This document shows, piece by piece, positions 41,009-53,754 of a stretch of DNA of 64,000 nt; position 1 is the stretch's first letter, and the number at the start of each line of letters is the position of its first letter. Below the pieces are notes generated by a model. That model had not been told where the DNA came from. It searched no databases and was given only the letters and a program-made list of their open reading frames with translations. Origin of the DNA: Lama guanicoe. Lineage: Eukaryota. The position numbers and the translations under genes are program-made. The stretch spans positions 5,385,902 through 5,449,901 of the forward strand of contig MU053652.1 in the NCBI GenBank assembly GCA_013239625.1, given 5' to 3'.

Positions 41009-41518
41009 AGAATGTCAGTACCTAGAGTTCCTTTTTAGTTAATTTTTCCATCCTTTTCCTGTCACACCTATAATCAAACTACAACAACCCCTCAAGACCT
41101 ATGCAAAACGCTCCATTCAATATTTTTACAGTAACGGATCTACTACAAACTTAACTCTGAATTTTGAAAACGGATTTCAGTCACTCGTTTGCTCTTCCGA
41201 AATATATATGCAGCCTATTTACTAAACTTTCTTTTCCAGGGATCAGAAAACTGGCAACTTAAGTTAGACAACTACGAAGGTTTTCAGTGGATCTTGGCTG
41301 GGGGTTGGTAAGGGAGATAAAAATCAACGGGCTTTTTCTTTCTCAAAATTCTCGTATTTGCTTCTGGAGCAAGAATTCCGTCTGAGGAGCTGTGGTGGGG
41401 CGATGAGGCGGAGACGGTGGCTCTGCCGCACACAGGTTTGAATTTGACAGACCACTGCAATCTTCGGGGATTTTCCAAGCAGGCTGAGCGCGCTGAAGAG
41501 GCGAAAAAGTGCGTACAG

Positions 41519-41528
41519 CCCACGTGAC
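41519..41528. promoter_or_regulatory. USF/TFE-type E-box CCCACGTGAC
   Basis: Reads GTCACGTGGG on the minus strand, in the upstream shore of the CpG island. Confidence 0.45.
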
Positions 41529-42048
41529 CCAACTTCACTTTCAGGCTCCAGAAGCGAAGCGCAGCTGCAATCAATACCCATCTTCCATTAGTAGACTGTT
41601 TTCCTCCCAAGAACCTGCTAAAAAAACTCCAGGTGCTGAGACACACTTTGGAAATTGTTGGGTTAAAAAAAAACTCCACCTGTACACTTATAAAAGAGCT
41701 AACCACCTTTTCGGGATCACCACTACGGCTTGCGCATCTGCGAAGCCTGTTCCTACAGTTCCCTCCCGTGCTTTTCTAAACCTCCCCGTTTCGGTTCCAC
41801 CAAAAGAGCGATAGCAACAGTTTGGTTGCCGAGGAGCCCGTCTCCCGGACGCAATCGCCGCACCAAGGGCCTCGCACCTCTCAGCCCGCGAAGCCGAGGA
41901 CTTCGGCTCCCCGTCCGCCAGCGGGGGAACACGAGGGCGAGCGGCCGGCCCGAAAACCCAGCCTCGGCCCCCGCGCCACCCGCCACGGTTCCCTCCCCGC
42001 GCCCGGCCCCGGCGCGTCGCCTCCCCACCGGCGGGGGCGCCGGGCCGA

Positions 42049-42058
42049 GCGCATGCGC
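42049..42058. promoter_or_regulatory. NRF1 palindromic motif GCGCATGCGC
   Basis: Exact match to the NRF1 core consensus within the CpG island. Confidence 0.75.
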
Positions 42059-42109
42059 GCGGCGCTCCCGGGCGTGCCGGCCACACTCCCCCCACCCACT
42101 CCGAGAGCT

Positions 42110-42799
42110 TGTCACTTCCTGCCCTCGCCCCATCTCCGTCCGGGGTCAGTCAGTCGCTCCCTGTCGCTGCCGGAGAGTCTCTGCTTCCCCCTTCCTACCC
42201 GCTCCGCGGCGGTAGCTCAAGCTCTTCGGGGAAGGGGAGACCGAGGAAGCGAGAGACTGACTTAATAAAGTTTCCTGAAACAACTACTACCAAAAAGGGC
42301 CCGAGGTGGGGGGAGACCCCCATCCTTCCCCGCCCCTCTCCAAAAGCCTGAGGGACCGTTGCAGGTGGAGCGGCGCTTGGGGGGAGCCGGGCTCCGGCAG
42401 CAGCCGTTGCCCCGGCGAGGGGCGCCTCAGGTCTTGCCCGCTCCGGTTCCGGCTCCTTCGGTGGCGGCGGCGGCGGCTGCGGGGCGGTTCCTCCTGTCAA
42501 CTGCCTGCGCCCGCGCGCCGCCCGCCCGCCCAGCTCCACAGCGCGGAGGGACGCCGTGAGCCGCCGCCGCCGTCGTCGCCTCGGGCCGCGCAGGGACGTG
42601 GTGAGCTGTGGCGCTTCCGCGTCAGCGCCGGCGGGGACTCTTTGGGAACGCGTCGGGCCCGAGCCCCGGTCCCTTCGCGTGGTCCGCGGGGTCTGCGCCA
42701 GGTGGGGCCCGAAGCCGCCTCCCACGCCAGGCTGTCCCCGCGGCCGCCCGGCCTGCCTGCCTTTCTTCCGCCTGCCCGCCGGCCCACCCTAGGAGTTCA
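42110..42799 (+). other. ZNF800: Probable non-coding exon 1 (5' UTR) of ZNF800; boundaries uncertain
   Basis: Inside the CpG island, downstream of the NRF1 motif; no + strand ATG seen. Candidate donors: GTG|gtgagc (42601), CAG|gtgggg (42702), TCA|gtaagt (42800). The TSS cannot be read from sequence. Confidence 0.5.
42113..42121 (-). promoter_or_regulatory. ETS-family motif (CAGGAAGTG on the minus strand)
   Basis: CACTTCCTG ~55 bp downstream of the NRF1 motif, a common pairing in housekeeping promoters. Confidence 0.55.
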
Positions 42800-43176
42800 G
42801 TAAGTTGGGCGCACTTGGTCAGGGGGACGGGGGGCTCTGCCGGGGAGACCCCGACGCACGTGCGTGGCGGGAGGGCGCGGCGTGGGCCCCTCGCCGGCGG
42901 GAGCTGCACCTGCCCCGCCCCGCGTAGCCGGCCAGGCCCTCGCCCTGCGCTGCGCGCCTGGGGCTGCGTTTCCGGGTAGGGCGATGAACCTGTGCCGGAG
43001 TTCGGGCTGGAGAAGCCTTCGTGCGTTTTTCTTTTTCAGTTCGAGAGGAAGGTGCTAGTCGGTGGAGGGAAAGCTGAGGGCGGTGAAGGGAACGTTTCTG
43101 GAAAATGCAGCCAGAGCCCCCCCAGGAAGTTCAGGGTGAGTGACGGATTTGTGCTTCTTTCAACAGCCAAGCCGCA

Positions 43177-43197
43177 ATGAAGAGCTTCTTACAGTGA
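43177..43197 (+). promoter_or_regulatory. uORF MKSFLQ* in ZNF800 exon 2
   Basis: ATG AAG AGC TTC TTA CAG TGA, ending 27 nt before the main ATG; context gcaATGa (purine at -3). Confidence 0.7.
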
Positions 43198-43224
43198 AAG
43201 GAAAGTAGGTCGCGCCCACTGAAA

Positions 43225-43285
43225 ATGCCTTTAAGGGACAAATACTGTCAGACTGACCACCATCATCACGGATGCTGTGAACCAG
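43225..43285 (+). CDS. ZNF800: ZNF800 first coding segment (exon 2 = 43167-43285), MPLRDKYCQTDHHHHGCCEP(V)
   Basis: Acceptor ttctttcaacAG ends 43166; ATG at 43225 in aaaATGc context; 61 coding nt then donor CAG|gtacac at 43286. The peptide matches the ZNF800 N-terminus as I recall it, and the phase joins the next exon. Confidence 0.95.
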
Positions 43286-44278
43286 GTACACCCCTTTCTT
43301 CTCCAGTTACTTTGCCGTGCATCAGAGCCACTCTGCCATCTGTTTTCTTCTAGTGTTTTTTTCCTCCTGCCCAAGAAGTCATTCTTAACTAAGCAAGCTA
43401 TAATTTTCCCCAGCATAAAACCAGTTATGAAGCTAAAAACTTGTACAAACAAGAGGTCTCCCCAACTTGATCCCTTAAAAAAAGTACTGCAAGTGTCACC
43501 TTCAGTCTTTTCCACAAGATCACTCACTCAATCCCTTTTCCTTCTCTTTCAAGGCAGCCTGCAGTTAGTAGTATAACCCTCAAGCTTTGTGAATGTTTAA
43601 AACTGAAGAGAAAGGGAAAAATGGATAGTAGAATACTAGCATTAATCTTTGTGAAAGTTGTTTCTTTCAGACTTTTAAAAACTGGAAGCTTCTCATGCTT
43701 AAATAGTGCTGAAAACCTAAAAATGAGTTTTGTTTGGGCTAAAAAAAGTTTGTTAAACTTAACTTGTTGGGAGAAACAGGTTTTGCTAAGTGCGACCTCT
43801 TAAAGAAACTTCTTGGGCAGAACACACTGTATTGCAAAATAAAAAAATCAAAGTTTGATGTGCTTTGTAACAGACATTTAGAGGTACAGCTTGAAGAGGA
43901 GTTCTTGAATACACATTGCCACTAAACCAACTAAAGGCTATTATTCTATTCTAGTTTAGAGGCAGTTGTTTATCATTATTTTTGACCTAAAAGTTATTAG
44001 GGCTTTCTAATACTTTGCTTGATTTTTAACTGCACTAACGTAATTGGGTTTGTCATAGTAGGGTTCAATTAAAGTAGTTTTTTGATTAATGGGAAAAATG
44101 GCAATGAGAAAGGGGAAGAACTATTTTCAGAAAACTTCAGTATGGATGAGAATAACGTTTGTACTATAACCCTATCCCCTAATTTGCTGAAAGTAATACC
44201 TCTCATAATAAAACAGGCACTTCCAGGATGGAATCCAGTGTATTCAGCTGCTCCCTGACCTACCTAACTTTTAACCAT

Positions 44279-44328
44279 CCTTTCTACTGTGTATTTTCTG
44301 TACCCTTTCTACTGTGTATTTTCTGTAC
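44279..44328. repeat. Perfect 25-bp tandem duplication (cctttctactgtgtattttctgtac x2)
   Basis: Copies at 44279-44303 and 44304-44328. Confidence 0.95.
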
Positions 44329-46404
44329 TTGAAGTGAAGCTCTATCACTTTAATTTTACCAAATATTGAATGGAATTTGCTGGTTTTGAAGTAGAAAGCT
44401 GTGAATATATTTTATGCTTATGTTCCACTGACTTTTTGTTAGTTTTTTTCTCAGAACACTTCAAGTCATTTAAGCTGAATTAATTAAATCATCTTATCAA
44501 AACATCTTGATTAGGAAGAAATTTACTTGTTCATTCCTTTATTTCTTTGACAAATCATTATCAAGCACCTGTTAGGTGCGAGGCACTGTTCAGGGCAATG
44601 GGGATATAAGTGGTGAACAAAACAGATAAGCTCGTTCCCTTGTGGAACTATTGAGTGGGAAAAGATAAACAGGTAAACAAATAAGGTTATTTGTGACCAT
44701 ACCTTATTTAGTGTATGCTGGTAATTAAAATTTTGTAGAGAATTTAATGTCCTTTTAAGGAGGTTGTCCAGAGTTGAACTTTTAAGTGTGTATTGGGACT
44801 TTTCTGCTCTTTTTTTCTCCCTCATTAACACGAAGTCAGATAAGTTGCATTAATTTAAAAATTTCAGCTTTCTTTTTCCAGAAACTTTCCCATGCAGTTT
44901 ATTTTTCAGACTGTCAGGTCGAAAGTAGTTGGTGTTTTCTTTGCTTTTTTAGCTAGAATTAAACACTGTTTGAGGATTTAGCTCAGTAGAAAGCTGGAAG
45001 TTTAACTTATGGGGTAGTTAATCATCATTATTTCAGAGGAAGGGTGTGCCAAAGTGGGAGGATGTTTCCAATATTGAGAGGACAATGTTATGGTAGTTTT
45101 TAAAAGAGGATGCCCTCAGATGGAGGGAAGAAGACCACATGATGTTTGAGAAGTTCTTTTAATGGGCTCTCCTGAGAGGCCTGTCCTCCTTTGGATTGTG
45201 AGTTGAGTTCCTGAATGAGCTCAGTGTGTTCCTTGATAGGATGGATCAGTTTGTAGCGAAGGGTGGTTTTATAAGCCTGTCAGTGTATGTAAGTTTGTTT
45301 TTAGTTATGTTTTAAGAAAGTTTTTGATTATAGAAATTTTCATTCAGAAGTAGAGAGACTAGTATAAGGAACTTGTTGTAACACAACTCCATCAGTTATC
45401 AATATGTGGACAGTCTCTTTTCATCTATATTCTCCCCTCCCCACAATTCTCTTCACCCTCCAACTGCTCCCTCAACCTCTATTATTTGTAAGGAAATCCC
45501 CGACATCATAGGTAGAAGACTCTTTAAGGGACTTGTTTTAAGGTAGCAGAGATCCTTGGAAAAGTGGACATTTTATACTTGAAAGTGTGTTCTTGGGAGG
45601 ATGTAAAGAAAGATGTTAACTTCTGAGCATTTGTGATTTTTGGCTGGAGGGAGATGCTATTTTTTTCTACGTGGTCATGTAACCTGATCTTGGGAGGGCT
45701 TATAGGATATGTAAGAAGAAATTTCATAAAATATTAACATAGAAAGTTTTTTTTTAGGGTTACAAGTATGTTTTCAAAGGAAGAAAGAATAGTTTCTTAC
45801 AGTGGGAACTACACAGATGTGTATACCAAATGAATGTGTCCACTCATAACTAAACCAACCCTGGGGTTATTTTGAATGGTGTCTTGGGATGTATGTTTAT
45901 TTTGGTGGTAGCAGTGATGGTGATGGGTAACAAAATTTTGCTCTAGCTTTAAAATCAGATGTTGTCATGTGGAAGTGGAAGAGTATTATAGGAAGTTTTC
46001 TGGAGCATGAACCTAAATGAGGAAAGGGGGCTCTAAGGAGAAGTTTCCATTTTTTCCCATATTCCTTCCTTAGTTATTACTTTTTTTTTTTCATTCTTCC
46101 TGTCTAGAATTTTTGCCACTTACAGAGCCAGACCTTGGAGCTTTTTTTCTTCTTTGAAATTGTATAATTTCTAGCCTATCTTTTGTAGTTATTATTTTTT
46201 GTAGTCAGTTATTGGTTGTTATAATGTACAAGTACTGGAAAGAGATCCATCTAATCCAAATAAATGATATCATCAGTCTATTTACAAACTTCTGCTGTTG
46301 TTTCTCTAAGGGATTGAATTGTGCTTCTCTTAGATTTTGGAAAAGATTTTTTCAGTTTTTGGTTTCAGGAGACCAGTTGATTTGTAGATGATGGTGATTG
46401 TGAT

Positions 46405-46630
46405 AGAACATTTATTGAGCCTTTCCTGTATCCCAGGCTCTAATTTAACCAGTTACCTGCATTAGCTGATTGAATTCTCACACAACCGTATCATTTACTT
46501 TTATTATCCCCATTTTAGGGATGAGAATGGAGAGATCAGAGAGTGTAATTTGCCCTAGTTGTATCTAGTAAATGGCAGAAAAAAATTTCAGTGCAGTCAG
46601 TCCAGGTCTGGAGTCTTCTGTTCTTAATCA
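46405..46630 (-). mobile_element. MIR SINE in ZNF800 intron 2
   Basis: AACATTTATTGAGC...TTATTATCCCCATTTTAGGGATGAG...CTAGTAAATGGCAGA motifs. Confidence 0.65.
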
Positions 46631-48144
46631 CTGCAGTTAGTACCAATGTCAGATGTCCTCAAAATGAGTTGTGTTCATGTATATGTTCTTTAAAATATCC
46701 CAAACTGTCTCTTAAAATTGGGAAAATTTTACTTAATGGAATGATTTGGTCCTGAGACATAGTTCCTCCCATTTGTGTGCACTGAACTTAAGAACAGAAG
46801 CCTGAAAGAGAATCTCAGGCTGTGTCTATACATATAGCATAGCAGTCTTTCTCCCCCTTATCAGACAGCTAAATGCACTCCAAGCCCAGGCCATGAAGCA
46901 GTAGCAGCACTGAGGTAACCCCTCCTTATCTCCTCACATTGAGCAGATGATCTTGGGTTATGATGGTAAAACGTTGTAACATATCGAAAAAAGAGGTAAG
47001 GTGACTGGTTTTTCTCCACCACAACTGTCTCCTTATTTGATACCTGATGGAGAACTCAGTTTTCCTTTTCAGTTACCTGTTTCTTATTACCAGAATCTAG
47101 TTTATGTGTATTTATACTGTTAATCTGAGAATTTTGGAAAGCAGGGATGATATAGACCTCTGTGTATGAAAATGAAAAGTTTTTAAAGTGGGAATATTAT
47201 TTTAACTTATAATAAAGCGTTCTTTCTAAAAAGCACACTTCCAAAACCCCAAGGTGGGGAAGTGTGAGGCGGAAAGTGAAAATCAGCCGTGTATAAACAA
47301 ACCCACCCTGACGGAAAGAACCTTTGTTTTGTTGGTATCCCATCAGACTTTTTGTGTTTATACTAACATTTATACATAGACACACATATACATGAAATTT
47401 CTTTTCTTTCTGTAGCTTTTGAAATATATATTAATAAAATTGAGATCATATTCTATAACCTGTTTTCTGCTTAACAGTGTGTTATTGACATCCTTTGTTG
47501 TCAGTGCATATAGCTCTAGCTCATGCTGTGTAACAGCCATGAGGGATTTCATTGTGTGGATATGTCATAATTTATTTGGTTCCTTTTGAGAGATTTTTAA
47601 GTTGTCTGAAATTTTCTCAGTTCTTTACAGTGCTGCAAGTGCTGCAGTGAACATTCTTGCACATCTACTACTGTGCACTTGGCCAGTTCTTTCTTTAGGC
47701 AGTGGTTTTTGAGTTTTGCTCTCATAATTGCCCAGGGAGCTGTACTAGATTGTCCAGAGTGGGATGGTTTTTGGAATGGTTTATGAGGTGTGGCTAAGTT
47801 ATCATTGCCCTGGAATTTTGGTTCAATGTTGTAGTTCCTCTTCAAGGGGAATAAAAAGGCAAACATGACTAATATGTACATAATAATGCCAAAATAGTAA
47901 GATTTTTGCATTTGAATTTAATACATAATCTTACTACCTTAATTTCACCTTGAATTCAGAAAAATTTTAGTTATTTTTCCCTGTTATTTTATTTTGCCTT
48001 ATAAAGATGATGGTGAAATTTATACAAAAATGTATGATTGTCATTAATTTAATTATAGCAAACTATTGTTTTACTTCAATAGTAAATGATTTAAATAACC
48101 ATTTTTTTTGTGGGGATTGGGGTGGGTGTTTGTTTTCCATGTAG

Positions 48145-48240
48145 TTTATATCCTGGAACCTGGAGATGCTCCTTTGTTACAGCAACCACTACAGACATCC
48201 AAATCTGGTATTCAACAAATAATTGAGTGCTTTCGATCAG
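48145..48240 (+). CDS. ZNF800: ZNF800 exon 3 (96 nt), [32 protein letters not shown](G)
   Basis: Acceptor tgttttccatgtAG ends 48144; donor CAG|gtatga at 48241; phase 1-1; lies within ORF 48108..48326. Confidence 0.95.
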
Positions 48241-51200
48241 GTATGATTGTCTTAGGATGTATTTTCAATCGTCACATAGTAGTTAAAAACTACCTAGAAA
48301 TCCTTGGAAATAATTTTAAAAAATAAAATATATACATTGGTTTTCTTTATAGAATACTTTTGTTATTTTTAAAAAGTGGATGAATAAATATTGACTTGAT
48401 TAGACATTCTTTTCCAGTACTATATGTTATATATTAAATTTTAAAATATATTTTAAAGATATATGGTTTAAAGAAATATGTGGTATATCTGCTGGTAAAG
48501 TAGCTCTTTCTCTTTAAGAGTCATTGTTATTTTTTGACATGTTCTTTATAAACTCTCAAAGGGCAGTAGTAAATTATACAGGGTTTTAATGAGCTTTGGC
48601 AGAGTAGATTATTTATTCAGAATGTCTGAGATGTCCCTTGTTCTAGATTAATTACTTTATCATGTCTGTTTATGTGACTCACCCTCTCCTACCTAAGCCT
48701 GGAGTTTCAATATCTTTTAACAGACAAGACAGAAAAAAGTCTCACTCTAGCCCTGGTATCTTCGGATACATTTGTTTAGCTTTTCTTTCTATTAGATTAC
48801 TGTAGTAAGGGATGTATACTAAGGATATTTGTGCAGTTGCAATGCAGTGCTTTAAAATAGGTGTTGCTCACTACATATAAAGGATGGAGAACTGCTAGAA
48901 CTCCTGTGTTATCAGTAAGATCGTGGATTGCTGTGATTTTTGTCATCCGCTTGTCCACCTCTTGTAGATTTGGCTTCTCTGACACTGCAGACTGTTAAGG
49001 CAAAATAAACAAGCAAATAAATACACATAACTAATGGACATCTAATTGGTGGACACTTAAAGGATTAGAATTTTTTTGTTATTTTAAAGCTTACTACATC
49101 TTAATGAAAAATTTCTCAGATTCAAAGGAAAAGATAATTTATATGCAACCACTTGTTTTGTATTGATGAGAAGTATTTTGAGATGCTTTTTTAAAATCAT
49201 TGTAAAGGGAAATAGCATATATTTAATTTATTTTAGGATTCTAAGAAATAGATTGTTCCTTAATCTAAAATAAAAAGTTTATTTCTGACTCTAAGGTTCA
49301 TTTCTTACACTTTTAATCTATAGTCCTCATGGCATTACTTTTATGTCTATTTAAATCAGTAAGTGTTATGTGTATACTGTATGCCTGTGCTCATGTTGGA
49401 TGGTGGTATAACCTATTTTACCTTGTGTTTTGTTTTGATAATTGCCCTTGGTTAATAGAAATAACTGACAGGTCAAATTCTCCTATGGTAAATACAATTA
49501 AAATTTTACTAATCAGAGGCAGTATTTAAGTATGTTTCTGGCATAATAGAAGAATGGTTAGTTTTTATTTGTAGTAAGAGTTTCTGTTAGCTACTTTTAA
49601 TATAGAGATAAAAATTCTGTTTGTTCTTTCTCATATTATGGAAATGAAGATAATAGCTTCACATTTAGTCATATTCCTTGGTATAGGTATCTTTTTAAAA
49701 AATTCATAACTTGGAATTAATGAAGTTGTTTTATACTGCTTCAGTTTATTATAGTGTTATTTGATTAAGAAGTTAGAATTGGTTCTTTCATTCATGCTTT
49801 GTCTTGTAAAAAATACCTTTCAACAAGATCCTGTACCCAAAATCTGTATTTTTTTTAAGCTTTGGAAGTTGAATATTTAAAAATGGAATTACTGGTTTTC
49901 TCATTGCACTATGGTCATATCTGTTTTCTGTGTTTGCCATTTTTTTCTTACTGTCTGAAGATAAAGGGACTGTGAAACGGGTAGCATGTTCTTTCTTAAA
50001 TGTCCCCACCAAATTGGCCCTCTGAGTTTTTTTTTAAAGGCAAATTTTGAAAATACTGTAATTTAAATTCTCTAAGTACCCAGTTGTTTAAATTAGAGAT
50101 GATTTAGAAATATGCTGAATAGTACAAAGAAACAAATTTTGGGTTAAAGAAGGAATTCTTTTTACTTCATTAGTGTGGTATATCTCATAACTAAGTAATT
50201 TTAATTTCCTTAAGATAATAATCTCTTACATATCTGGATAATCTCAAGTTTCCTAAGGTAGCTCTTCTTTAACACTGAGGTATTTAAGCCTTGGCTGACT
50301 GAGACCTTGGAAGGATGAGATGGAAGTTTGGGCCACATGTCTTAGGGTCTGAGATCCCTTCTCATCTTGTAAGTTTCTCCCAGTCTCACTCTGCTCCCAA
50401 GCAGGCTTTCGATGATGACTCTTTTCTTTCTAGGCTCTTTCCATTACAGCTGGGTCGCACACTCACACACATAGCATTTAAAGAACTATTCTTGTGGTGT
50501 TTTATATCTGACAGATATTTGAAGATAGAGCTTCGAAGTCTGTGCTTTTGCTCTTGTTAACCTTCAGCAGCTAAGCCAGGTTGGGCAGTAGTAATGTGTT
50601 AGGATAGCTGCCTTTATCTTCAAGCTCAGATACTTGTCTTCATCTCCTGTATCAGCTCTATTTAAGAGATTTACCACCTCATGCCTACACAGGGCTAGCT
50701 GTCTATGACTGGTATTAATTCCTGCCCAAGCTGGGAGTTTATGAAAGGCTAAAGAAAGGAGTTGACACAGTTTTAGGCCTCCCAACCCCATGTGTGCTAC
50801 ACTGACTGCTTGACCAATTTTGACCCATTCTCTTTGCTTCACACTTCAGCTTTTGCTTTGGACTGTTTTCCTGGCTTTAAATTACACATACTTTTTGACT
50901 TCTGATCTCTCTTTGTTTCCATCTGCTTGACTTGTAATTTGAATTGATTTTTCTTTTTAGAATAAGTAATATGTACCCGCAATTTAAAAATATAATAGTA
51001 AAGAAGTATAAAAGGATATACAAAAAAACAGAAATAAGTCTCTTTGCACAGGCAGCACTGCTACAGAGTATGTATCTTATTTCAGAGACCTTCTAAACAT
51101 ACATGAGCATATAGCCCTCACTTTCTTCCTGATACAGACAGTAGCTGATTCTGCATAGTTAAGTACCTTTTTTTTTTAATAGTACTTTCCACTGTTGTTT

Positions 51201-51705
51201 GACATCTATCTGTCCATGGATAGATACCTCATTTTTTTAGAAGGCTACCTATTTTGCCCCACCTACAGATTTTCTGTAAGTGTTTGCTCTGAATCCTGGC
51301 TTCAGGTCCTACCTTGAGTGTGCCCTGCCCTTTGCTGGAGTCATTTCTTTGTTGTGTTAGTCCTTCTAGGATTATGTCTGTGACTCTCTGTCTTCAAATT
51401 TCCTTATTTTATATTGACTTTTTTCTGTTAACTTCTGGCCCCAAGTGGAAAGAAAATTTTAAATAACGAAAAAAGGTGTACTTCCATGAGATATTTATAA
51501 AATTGATTTAATTGAGCTTAATATTCTTTCTTAGTCTTCTGGTAGAGACAGATTAGCTGTGGAATGCCCTGAAGTTAGAAACAGAAAAATGGGAAAATGG
51601 AAGGATAATCATTTTGTCCAATATTCAAAACTGGTCTTTAATATGAAGTTGACATCTTTTTTTTGAATTCTTAAAATATATATTATTTCTTTTTACAATA
51701 TTATA

Positions 51706-51936
51706 CAGTCGACTCTTGAACAACATGGGTTTGAACTGTGCAGGTCCATTAATATGCTGATTTTTTTCAGTAGTAAATATTACAGTATCAGACGATCCTC
51801 AGTTGGTTGAATCTGCGGATGCAGAATTGAGGATATGGAGGAAGTGAGTTTAAGGAGGACTGTAAGTTATTTGTGGATTTTTGACTGCGTGAAGGGTTGG
51901 CATCCCTAACTCCTGTTTTTGTTCAAGGGTCAACTG
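51706..51936. mobile_element. Tigger2-like (Tc1/mariner) MITE in ZNF800 intron 3
   Basis: Terminal inverted repeats CAGTCGACTCTTGAACAA / TTGTTCAAGGGTCAACTG with TA on both flanks; 231 bp. Confidence 0.88.
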
Positions 51937-53754
51937 TATTATAGAAAAAGGCTGCTGCCTATAGAATGCACTACTACTGTGTGCAAGAAACAGCATCTTT
52001 TTTGAATCTTAAGGAGGAATAAATTATAGTGAAAAATGAGAATTGGCTTTGTGTGATGTTTGCTATGTCATTATCTAACTAAATTTAAGTTTGGTCATTT
52101 AATTTCTTAGAAGACTGTTTGTTTTTTTACTGCTTAAAGCAACATTTCTTGCAGTTAGTGTAAGCTGTGACTGGTTGGTGATGCCTCAGTCCTGACTCTA
52201 TACACAAAAACTTGGGATGAAAGTATGATTTATTAGAGATACATAAGAGAGTGCCATATTATATGACGGGGATTTTTTGTTGTTGTTGATGATACATAGC
52301 AGTTGTAGAAATTTAAAGTTAGACTGGATATTTTGGGGATGAATAAAAAAAATTAGATTTATTTGTTTTATTTTTTGTTCTTACATTCATCCTCAAAGCA
52401 TGTCATCTGGGGCTATGTTCCTAGGAGAGCAGCCATTTATATTAGTCTGGGACTGTCTCAGGGGCACATATCTTATCCTTCACTTTCATGTCTCCATGAA
52501 TAACATTGTACCTGGTACTTAATAGGTATTAAATAAATGTGTGTTAGACTAATCAAGACTCACTAGTTGGGCACCAAAATAATATTCTACTTATAAATTT
52601 ATTCTAGTATGTGACAGTGTTCCATAATTAGTAATTTTTTTAACCACCCCTTGTAGGTGGTGGTTTTATAATAACAGTTTCAACTTTCTTAATTTTTTTA
52701 TCTTAAAGATGATCAGTTAGAAATTTCCTTCATACCTGTCTTGGAACTCAGGAGGTGTGACAGGAATTACAGATTTGCTTGCAGTGTTGAGATAGTATTG
52801 TGGTTAAACAGTCATCCTCAAGAAACTGAACTTAAGTGTGAGTCAAGAATAAAGCAAGCAGTATATCATTTAAAAATCATTATTGCCACAACTTAAAAGG
52901 GCCATTGACCAACATATCAGTATATTAAGGGAGAAAAATGAAAACTTATCTTTGTCTAGCACAGAGGAGTTAGAATTACGTTGTCAGGTGACTGCCATCC
53001 AAACTAATGTAAAATTGAATACTGATTCCTTTTGAAAAAAATCTTTTAAACATTTTTATCAGTACGTACAATGTGTTTGACATTAATTGATAGCACAGGA
53101 TAAACCCTTGATGAGGTTTAACTTTTATCGAGCACCCATTATGTGCGAGAATCTGAAATACTCATTAATTAGTTAATTTCTAGGCATCAGAAGCCTTCTC
53201 TTTGGAGGGCTTGTTTTTTGAAAGATACTGATTAATGATCTGTGTAGCAGTACGTGTGACGTCTAAGATAATTTAAAAACCTAAGGCAAGAAAGAGAGTT
53301 ATTAATAGAGGGAAAGGAATAGTTAGGAGTAAGGCAGCATGGCTGTCTCTCACAGTTAAGAGTTGTGGAAGAACTTTTGTTGCTGTTTGAATGATCTTGT
53401 CTGCTGTTTCAAATTATAGAAAGTTTTAACTATTGACAGAGGCACAGTTAGTTGGCTGTATCTAATCGTTAAGTGAGCGAAGCAATCAGAAAATGATAGT
53501 TGATTAGAATAAAGCCATTATATCCCATGGGAAAAACAACAAAACCTTAAATGGTGACTGAAACTAACTCAGGAAAAAACTTCTGTCTGTATTTATGGAA
53601 TGGGGGCACATCTTATTTTTCTCATTTGTAAAATATGTAAGCAGAATTGGAAAACCTTTCAGGTCCCTTTTTTAACTTAGCAGTCAACTTTACAATGACT
53701 TAAAAAAATCTTATTTATAGGGAAGTTTTTAAACATAGGGAGGACTCTCCAATA

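Larger units (their letters stand above)
41820..43020. promoter_or_regulatory. CpG island / promoter of ZNF800
   Basis: Abrupt shift to very GC- and CpG-dense sequence directly upstream of the first coding exon; the rest of the window is CpG-depleted. Confidence 0.95.

Noticed and set aside
41284..43180. Many overlapping 60-176 aa ORFs on both strands
   Set aside because: Expected from stop-codon depletion in a CpG island; the products are mostly low-complexity Arg/Pro/Gly/Ala with no recognisable domain.
48796..48914. Possible poison exon in intron 3 (ttttctttctattAG ... CA|gtaaga)
   Set aside because: Such splice-like pairs are common in T-rich introns and nothing else in the sequence supports it.
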